Virus record (IMG/VR): IMGVR_UViG_3300044695_008744
DNA length: 64,000 bases
Source: an uncultured virus (IMG/VR IMGVR_UViG_3300044695_008744)
Taxonomy: Duplodnaviria; Heunggongvirae; Uroviricota; Caudoviricetes
Direction: 5' to 3' (one strand)
Of this stretch, positions 19,676-24,565 are shown one piece after another; within the stretch, counting starts at the first letter, position 1, and each line of letters starts with the position of its first letter. The notes beneath the pieces were generated by a model. The model did no database searches, had not been told where the DNA came from, and saw only the letters and a program-made list of their open reading frames with translations. Position numbers and translations under genes: made by a program.

Positions 19676-19754
19676 CTATGCGTTGAGGAGTTTGGCTTAC
19701 CTCGCGTCCCTTGGGAGGACGAGTACGCAGGTTCAAATCCTGCCGCATAGACCA
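19676..19754 (+). tRNA. tRNA-Pro(TGG)
   Basis: Acceptor CTATGCG/CGCATAG, anticodon arm CGTCC-CT TGG GA-GGACG, GGTTCAAATCC, CCA end. Confidence 0.92.
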
Positions 19755-19758
19755 ATTT

Positions 19759-19843
19759 GGGGGCATCGCATAGTGGCAATTGCTGGAGACTGTAAATCTC
19801 CCCTCGCGAGAGTTCGTAGGTTCGAGTCCTTCTGCCCCCACCA
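19759..19843 (+). tRNA. tRNA-Tyr(GTA)
   Basis: Acceptor GGGGGCA/TGCCCCC, GGAGA-CT GTA AA-TCTCC, long variable arm, CCA end. Confidence 0.92.
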
Positions 19844-19850
19844 AAATTTT

Positions 19851-19930
19851 GCCGAAGTGGTGGAATGCATACACGCTAGTCTTAGAAACTAGTGCCTTAG
19901 GGCATGTGGGTTCAAATCCCACCTTCGGTA
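19851..19930 (+). tRNA. tRNA-Leu(TAG)
   Basis: Acceptor GCCGAAG/CTTCGGT, CTAGT-CT TAG AA-ACTAG, variable arm; followed by TCA rather than CCA. Confidence 0.9.
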
Positions 19931-19936
19931 TCAAAT

Positions 19937-20010
19937 AAGCAAGTAGCTCAATTGGTAGAGCCTTTTGGTTGTGACCCAGAAGCGTGTGAGTTCAAATCTC
20001 ACCTTGCTGA
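19937..20010 (+). tRNA. tRNA-His(GTG), atypical ends
   Basis: TAGCTCAATTGGTAGAGC D arm, TTTGG-TT GTG AC-CCAGA, GTGAG-TTCAAAT-CTCAC; 1:72 mismatch, no G-1/C73, no encoded CCA. Confidence 0.75.
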
Positions 20011-20019
20011 CTCAGTTTA

Positions 20020-20096
20020 GGGGCTGAAGCTTATTAGGGAAAGCGTCTGATTTGCAATCAGAAGTCTTGCGGGTTCGAAACCCGTCAGCTCCACCA
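20020..20096 (+). tRNA. tRNA-Ala(TGC)
   Basis: Acceptor GGGGCTG/CAGCTCC with G3:U70, TCTGA-TT TGC AA-TCAGA, CCA end. Confidence 0.92.
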
Positions 20097-20097
20097 A

Positions 20098-20415
20098 TTA
20101 CAAATCATAAAATCTCTTTGGAGTGTAAATATATTTCATAGGCTGAACACCTACCTCGTCAGGTTGAGTTGTAGGTTCTTCAGCTAATTCGCCTAATACC
20201 GCTGGTGGCTCAGGAATAGGGGGATTAATTTGTGCTGGTTCGTTAACAACATTATTTTGTTTACGATTATATTCTCTTGCCAATTCTTTACAAGTTTCGC
20301 AAGCTCTTTCATCAAATTGCCAGATTGTGTTTCCGCCAGGAAGTTGTTCAATGAAGCATCTACACCCTTCATGCACAGGAGGTAAGATTTGTTGTTGTGA
20401 ATATTTATACCACAC
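20098..20415 (-). CDS. small Cys/His protein with Mu gpF/SPP1 gp7-like PPxHxxCRC motif (GTG start MWYKYSQ; shorter than the ORF-track call)
   Basis: PPVHEGCRC and ACETC motifs; GTG at 20415 follows TAGG-N22-AATC; the longer start would run into the array 2 promoter/leader. Confidence 0.6.
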   Translation of the reverse strand: MWYKYSQQQILPPVHEGCRCFIEQLPGGNTIWQFDERACETCKELAREYNRKQNNVVNEPAQINPPIPEPPAVLGELAEEPTTQPDEVGVQPMKYIYTPKRFYDL

Positions 20416-20465
20416 AATCTGATTTTCAAGAAAAAAAACAAAAAAACCTAATTTTATAGAACAAA

Positions 20466-20493
20466 AAGGAGATTGTGTCGTATAATCATAATA
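20466..20493 (+). promoter_or_regulatory. putative promoter of tRNA array 2 (AAGG-N20-AATA, with TATAAT at 20481-20486)
   Basis: Recurrent motif plus a perfect sigma70-type -10 hexamer. Confidence 0.55.
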
Positions 20494-20504
20494 AGGAATT
20501 AACA

Positions 20505-20573
20505 ATGAAATTAAATTTGCAGGGCAGTATGGTGGGATGTTTTATTTGGTCAACCCAAGGGGGTAGTGGCTAG
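20505..20573 (+). CDS. attenuator leader peptide of tRNA array 2 (MKLNLQGSMVGCFIWSTQGGSG)
   Basis: SD AAGGA 20493-20497, ATG 20505, TAG 20571-20573; the run AGT ATG GTG GGA TGT TTT ATT TGG TCA plus CAG/CAA matches all ten canonical downstream tRNAs. Confidence 0.88.
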   Translation: MKLNLQGSMVGCFIWSTQGGSG

Positions 20574-20601
20574 AAACCTGCTGTTAGCAAAAATTTCAAC
20601 C

Positions 20602-20638
20602 AAAATCCCTGAAGGCAAAATCTTCAGGGATTTTTTTT
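20602..20638 (+). terminator. intrinsic terminator (attenuator) upstream of tRNA array 2
   Basis: AAAATCCCTGAAGG-caaaa-TCTTCAGGGATTTT stem followed by a T8 tract. Confidence 0.9.
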
Positions 20639-20640
20639 AT

Positions 20641-20652
20641 GTTCTTTGACAA
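20641..20652 (+). promoter_or_regulatory. boxA-like antitermination element
   Basis: GTTCTTTGACAA closely matches rrn boxA (GYTCTTTRAMAA); 11 nt before the first tRNA. Confidence 0.65.
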
Positions 20653-20663
20653 TTAAATAGTGA

Positions 20664-20739
20664 GCGATATTGGTGTTAATGGTTAGCATCACTGCCTTCC
20701 AAGCAGAGGGTGCCAGTTCGAATCTGGCATATCGCTCCA
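20664..20739 (+). tRNA. tRNA-Gly(TCC)
   Basis: Acceptor GCGATAT/ATATCGC, loop CT TCC AA, U73, CCA end. Confidence 0.92.
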
Positions 20740-20747
20740 GATTATGT

Positions 20748-20823
20748 GGCTTTCAGGTGTAACTGGTGTGCACGAAGTGCTGAAAACGCTTAGGACATAG
20801 TTCAATTCTATGGGGAGCCACCA
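20748..20823 (+). tRNA. tRNA-Phe(GAA)
   Basis: Acceptor GGCTTTC/GGGAGCC, AAGTG-CT GAA AA-CGCTT, CCA end. Confidence 0.88.
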
Positions 20824-20832
20824 CAATTTTGA

Positions 20833-20919
20833 GGAAGGTAATGCTGAATGGTTTTGGCGAATGTTTGCTAAACATTTCGGGCTGAAAGGTCTCTGGTTCA
20901 ATTCCAGTGCCTTCCTCCA
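20833..20919 (+). tRNA. tRNA-Ser(GCT)
   Basis: Acceptor GGAAGGT/GCCTTCC, AATGT-TT GCT AA-ACATT, long variable arm, CCA end. Confidence 0.88.
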
Positions 20920-20924
20920 TACAA

Positions 20925-21012
20925 GGGGAATTCGCATAGTGGTCTAGTGCGGCTGTCTTGAAAACAGTAGGGCTGAAAGGTTCCGTGGGTTCGAATCCTA
21001 CATTCCCCTCCA
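20925..21012 (+). tRNA. tRNA-Ser(TGA)
   Basis: Acceptor GGGGAAT/ATTCCCC, GCTGT-CT TGA AA-ACAGT, long variable arm, CCA end. Confidence 0.92.
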
Positions 21013-21020
21013 AGTTTTGT

Positions 21021-21094
21021 GTTGTCTCTAGCTCAGTTGGTAGAGCATTCCATCGCGAGGAAAGGCGAAGGTTCAATTCCTTCGGGCAACACCA
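21021..21094 (+). tRNA. aberrant tRNA-like gene, identity undetermined (nominal anticodon CGC, Thr-like body)
   Basis: Intact D arm, T arm and ACCA end, but only a 4-bp anticodon stem TTCC-ATCGCGA-GGAA and one extra base before U8; no G3:U70. Confidence 0.6.
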
Positions 21095-21100
21095 TTTTAT

Positions 21101-21187
21101 TGAGGAATAGTGTAATTGGTAACACGCTAGGTTTTGGCCCTAGAGACAGAAATGCTCGTCCACGTTCGAATCGTGGTTCCTCAGCCA
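21101..21187 (+). tRNA. tRNA-Gln(TTG) with unusually long variable region
   Basis: Acceptor TGAGGAA/TTCCTCA, G73, CTAGG-TT TTG GC-CCTAG, 16-nt variable region, CCA end. Confidence 0.85.
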
Positions 21188-21190
21188 AGC

Positions 21191-21265
21191 ATCCGAGTAG
21201 CTCAATGGTAGAGCCCAATCTTGATAAGGTTGAGGTTTTTGGTTCAAGCCCAAACTCGGATACCA
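21191..21265 (+). tRNA. tRNA-Ile(GAT)
   Basis: Acceptor ATCCGAG/CTCGGAT, CAATC-TT GAT AA-GGTTG, CCA end. Confidence 0.9.
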
Positions 21266-21266
21266 C

Positions 21267-21341
21267 ATCCGCGTAGCTCAACGGTAGAGCAAAATCCTTA
21301 CAAGATTGAGGTTTTTGGTTCGAATCCAAACGTGGATACCA
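21267..21341 (+). tRNA. tRNA-Val(TAC)
   Basis: Acceptor ATCCGCG/CGTGGAT, loop CT TAC AA, CCA end. Confidence 0.9.
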
Positions 21342-21346
21342 ATTTC

Positions 21347-21420
21347 GGCAAATTAGCTCAATGGCAGAGCGGAGGTATCATAAGCCTTTGATAAAAGTTC
21401 GATTCTTTTATTTGCCCCCA
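21347..21420 (+). tRNA. tRNA-Met(CAT), elongator-type (Ile2 not excluded)
   Basis: Acceptor GGCAAAT/ATTTGCC fully paired (not initiator-like), GAGGT-AT CAT AA-GCCTT, CCA end. Confidence 0.8.
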
Positions 21421-21423
21421 TAA

Positions 21424-21497
21424 GCACGATTAGCTAAATGGTAAAGCAAGGGTCTGCAAAACCTTTATCGCTGGTTCGATTCCAGCATTGTGCTCCA
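21424..21497 (+). tRNA. tRNA-Cys(GCA)
   Basis: Acceptor GCACGAT/ATTGTGC, U73, AGGGT-CT GCA AA-ACCTT, CCA end. Confidence 0.92.
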
Positions 21498-21500
21498 TAC

Positions 21501-21575
21501 ACCGCTGAGAGTAGGTTGTTTCTAAAGAGTCTCCAAAACTTTTTTACCTGGGTTCAAATCCCAGCGGCGGTGCCA
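21501..21575 (+). tRNA. tRNA-Trp(CCA)
   Basis: Acceptor ACCGCTG/CGGCGGT, G73, AGAGT-CT CCA AA-ACTTT, atypical D arm, CCA end. Confidence 0.85.
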
Positions 21576-21578
21576 ATC

Positions 21579-21887
21579 TCACGACACAATCTTAATAATA
21601 TGCGGTTCTGTTTCTGAGATATTGAATATACCATCACCCAATTGATATTTTTTACCTAAATCATCAATGAAATCCTGAAATTGCGTTTCAGCATTTTCAA
21701 TCACTTCTTGGTTTTGTGCAAATTCTGCCTGTAGGGATTGCATTTGCTTTTCAGTTTTTCTCATCATATCAAATAAATCTGATCTTTTTCCTTTCAGATT
21801 AAGAATACCAGCTCTCATTTGGGTATAGTTGTTGAATTCTTCTTTGGAAAGTGCTTTTTCAGATTGTGTGTCGCTTTTGAACTTCAT
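21579..21887 (-). CDS. coiled-coil hypothetical protein
   Basis: 102 aa heptad-rich ORF downstream of the amidase, convergent on array 2. Confidence 0.6.
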   Translation of the reverse strand: MKFKSDTQSEKALSKEEFNNYTQMRAGILNLKGKRSDLFDMMRKTEKQMQSLQAEFAQNQEVIENAETQFQDFIDDLGKKYQLGDGIFNISETEPHIIKIVS

Positions 21888-21905
21888 AATATTATTTTAC
21901 AAGAT

Positions 21906-22754
21906 TTATCTTGTTCTTATTAAAACAAAAGTGGCTCCAGTTTTATCACAAACATCTCTCAAAAATATCCAAGCGCTGCCATTTTCATCTATCTCGGCTA
22001 CAGGCACAGAATAACCTTTCAAGCCATTCATCCACACAATGTTTTTGCCCATTTTTGTCAAAGCATAATTTTTGGGTTGTAATTTATTAATAAATTCTCT
22101 AGCAGGAACAATAGTTCTACTATTTACCACTCTTGTTTTACCATAAATGAAAACATTATCTCCCAATGTTATTTCAAAAACAGGATTAGTCCAAGGCGCG
22201 GCACCTTCCCCACTAAAAATTAAATATTGTTTATTTACTGCATCTACAAATTTTGTTTTGTCTACAAGTTTACCAGGGCATGTTTTATTTGTCAAAGGGT
22301 CATCTCTATGGAATTTAAGTGTAGGTGGTTGCACCTTTAGATAATCGCAAAGAAACCCACACAATTCTTGAGTGATTTCAAAAATTTCTTTTGCTCTATG
22401 TGAAGTGAAATCTGTAACAGTGTCGTAGTCACCTAGCATTTCTATACCCCAAGCATTAGCATTATAGCTTTTGGCATGTACGCCAGGTTTGTTTAATGCT
22501 TGAAAAAGAATAATTCCTTTATCATCTACAAAAAAATGTGGTGCACCGTTCCAATTCATAACATGCTCATAATAATATTTCAAATTGATGAGATGTTGAT
22601 CTGTGAAGCCATTTGGTCTTTGTGAAAGATTAGGTGAGGCTGTGTGATGTACTACAACAAATTGCGGTTTAAATGAAGTGAAATTCAAAGTTGCTAAATA
22701 AGTTTTTAGTTCTGCGATCGTTACTCTTTTGCCAACATAAGGAATAGTGCCCAT
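21906..22754 (-). CDS. N-acetylmuramoyl-L-alanine amidase (Amidase_2 endolysin) with C-terminal copper-amine-oxidase-N/stalk-like domain
   Basis: VVHHTA, HFFV, GVHAKSYN, GIEMLGDY, FHRD, KTCPG; C-terminal RTIVPAREF...GSAWIFLRDV. Confidence 0.85.
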   Translation of the reverse strand: MGTIPYVGKRVTIAELKTYLATLNFTSFKPQFVVVHHTASPNLSQRPNGFTDQHLINLKYYYEHVMNWNGAPHFFVDDKGIILFQALNKPGVHAKSYNANAWGIEMLGDYDTVTDFTSHRAKEIFEITQELCGFLCDYLKVQPPTLKFHRDDPLTNKTCPGKLVDKTKFVDAVNKQYLIFSGEGAAPWTNPVFEITLGDNVFIYGKTRVVNSRTIVPAREFINKLQPKNYALTKMGKNIVWMNGLKGYSVPVAEIDENGSAWIFLRDVCDKTGATFVLIRTR

Positions 22755-22809
22755 AACTTTATTCTTCTAAATAAAAATTAATTTTCACTTTTTCTTTTAT
22801 AACTTTAAT

Positions 22810-23355
22810 ATGACTTTGAATTGCAATATTCCACATTTTGAATGTTTTGTTAAAAAAGAATTTCTTACCAACTTTACACAATCTGATGAGTTGATAAAAG
22901 CCAAAGCTTTTGCAGTGTCGAGCACAAGAGGTCAAGTGTTACAGTTTCATGTTTTGACAGAGCATGGAGCAATGTTTTCTAAACTTCCAGTGCATGCTTT
23001 AGTTCTTAAAAAAGATTATGAAAAAATGGAATTAAATCAGCTTGTCACTTATGATACTTTTAGTTTTCATTTGTCAAACATTACTTATGATTATTTAAAA
23101 TATTTGACATGCACATACTTTGCTGGTGATAAACGCGAAAAATATGGGGCTACATATTTTACAACAGTTGATTTTTATGATTCCGAGTATGCAGATCACC
23201 CTGGTGTCACTAAATGTTGTCATATTTTGTTTTTAGATAATGGCAATATTGCGGCAGCACCAAACAATAGAATCCTATGGAACGACACAGGATTAAAGTC
23301 AGATGTAACGAAAATTGATTATAAGCCTTTAAATAAAATCTTTACAGTGGAATGA
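22810..23355 (+). CDS. conserved phage protein of unknown function
   Basis: LNCNIP...FVKKEFL...FHVLTEHGAMFSKLPVHAL...HILFLDNGNIAAAPNNRILW resembles a widespread uncharacterised aquatic-phage family. Confidence 0.6.
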   Translation: MTLNCNIPHFECFVKKEFLTNFTQSDELIKAKAFAVSSTRGQVLQFHVLTEHGAMFSKLPVHALVLKKDYEKMELNQLVTYDTFSFHLSNITYDYLKYLTCTYFAGDKREKYGATYFTTVDFYDSEYADHPGVTKCCHILFLDNGNIAAAPNNRILWNDTGLKSDVTKIDYKPLNKIFTVE

Positions 23356-24137
23356 AAATATTTTTTGATCATATTCTTTTTCAGCAAACTAATTACAATT
23401 TTAATCATACACTTGTATCTGCAATTTTTGAAGAAAATGAATATAATTATGCATTAGAAAATGGATGGTTTCCAGATAATTTTTGGATAAATTCATCTAC
23501 AAGTCATTCAATAAGATGTGAAAAATTGGGCGAATTTGTTTGGTCTCCAATAAGATCTTCTAGAATTAAAGTGGAGGATTTTGTACTTGACAAAAAAGAT
23601 AGAAGATTACTTAAAAATAATATTGATGTAGAAAAGCAAATTGTTTCGCAAATAGATACTGTAGAAGTGTTTGAAGTTTATAAAAAATATATTTGCGCAA
23701 AAGGATTCGATGATTTTAAGGATTCATTAGAAGATTTCAAACATAGTTTTTGCCGAGAAGATTTTCATTTTTTACTTTACAAACAAAACACAATCTTAAT
23801 AGGCTTTTGTATTGTGCAACCATTTGGAAATAATCTAGTGTCTTATCAATTTTGTTGGGATTATGAAAATCCAAAATTAAGTTTGGGAAAATTTTCACAA
23901 ATTCAAGAAATAGAATATGCTAAATCACTCAACATGAATTATGTTTACATAGGATGCATTGCTGAAAAAGAAGGAATGTATAAAAGTAATTTTTCTGGAT
24001 TTGAATATTTTAATGGAAGAGAATGGAGAAAGAAAGATAACTTAATCGAAAAATGGCTTTTGAATGATTCAGATTGTGTGAGTATTGACAGATTGTGTGA
24101 GTTAGAAAAGGAATACATCAAAGACTACCAGGTTTAA
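23352..24137 (+). CDS. aminoacyl-tRNA-protein transferase, Ate1/Bpt family (GNAT fold)
   Basis: ALENGW, RSSRI, VYKKYI, FCWDYENPKLSLGKFSQIQEIEYAK...YVYIG...MYKSNF match the ATE_N/ATE_C pattern. Confidence 0.8.
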   Translation: MKIFFDHILFQQTNYNFNHTLVSAIFEENEYNYALENGWFPDNFWINSSTSHSIRCEKLGEFVWSPIRSSRIKVEDFVLDKKDRRLLKNNIDVEKQIVSQIDTVEVFEVYKKYICAKGFDDFKDSLEDFKHSFCREDFHFLLYKQNTILIGFCIVQPFGNNLVSYQFCWDYENPKLSLGKFSQIQEIEYAKSLNMNYVYIGCIAEKEGMYKSNFSGFEYFNGREWRKKDNLIEKWLLNDSDCVSIDRLCELEKEYIKDYQV

Positions 24138-24158
24138 CCCATTTTAATTTAAAAATGA

Positions 24159-24548
24159 TTATTGAATTTCAGGCTCAAAATAAGAAATCATCGTGATAGC
24201 TTCTGATTTATTAGTGAACATAGGAAAAAATCTCTCTTCAGTTCTGATCACATAATTCACATTATCATCGGGAATAATTTCCGCTTTTACTAAACAATCT
24301 AAAATAGCCTTATTAATGTTATCAATGTCTGATTTTCTCGTGAAACCCCTTCCTTGCACTACTTTAATTTCTATTTCTATTGGAAAGCCATCAGGCTTAT
24401 CTAGACCATTTTTTAACAGCGGAATATTTAGTTCAAGCCAATTTCTATAATGTTTTGATTTAACCATCCCATATTTTTTAGATGGTGTATACATTTTGTT
24501 TTTAGAAATAGGTGGACCAATCGTGATTGAAGTGCGTTTTATAATCAT
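24159..24548 (-). CDS. rusA: RusA-family Holliday junction resolvase
   Basis: PPISKN, SDIDNINKAILDCLVKAEIIPDDN catalytic motif. Confidence 0.85.
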   Translation of the reverse strand: MIIKRTSITIGPPISKNKMYTPSKKYGMVKSKHYRNWLELNIPLLKNGLDKPDGFPIEIEIKVVQGRGFTRKSDIDNINKAILDCLVKAEIIPDDNVNYVIRTEERFFPMFTNKSEAITMISYFEPEIQ

Positions 24549-24565
24549 AAATTATACAGGCAAAA

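Noticed and set aside
20416..20505. N-terminal extension of the minus-strand ORF 20098-20505
   Set aside because: Crosses poly-A promoter DNA and the array 2 leader start; GTG at 20415 fits the promoter motif and MWY-type N-terminus
19514..20640. T-box riboswitch interpretation of the tRNA leaders
   Set aside because: No TGGNACC T-box bulge or long stem I; SD-led ORFs with matched codons point to ribosome-mediated attenuation
19658..20651. TTGACA at 19658 and 20646 as sigma70 -35 boxes driving the tRNAs
   Set aside because: The -10 position would fall inside the first tRNA with no TATAAT-like match, and the start site would lie within the mature tRNA; boxA fits better
19626..21329. ORF-track calls overlapping the tRNA arrays (19626-19934, 19683-19892, 20689-20937, 20753-21076, 21019-21276, 21033-21329)
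   Set aside because: Shadow translations of tRNA genes (GFEP/GLEP/GIEP come from antisense T arms); the cloverleafs explain the sequence
24070..24103. 14-bp direct repeat CAGATTGTGTGAGT in the transferase 3' end as an att site or mobile-element scar
   Set aside because: Two copies 5 nt apart inside an intact CDS, with no integrase or transposase in the window
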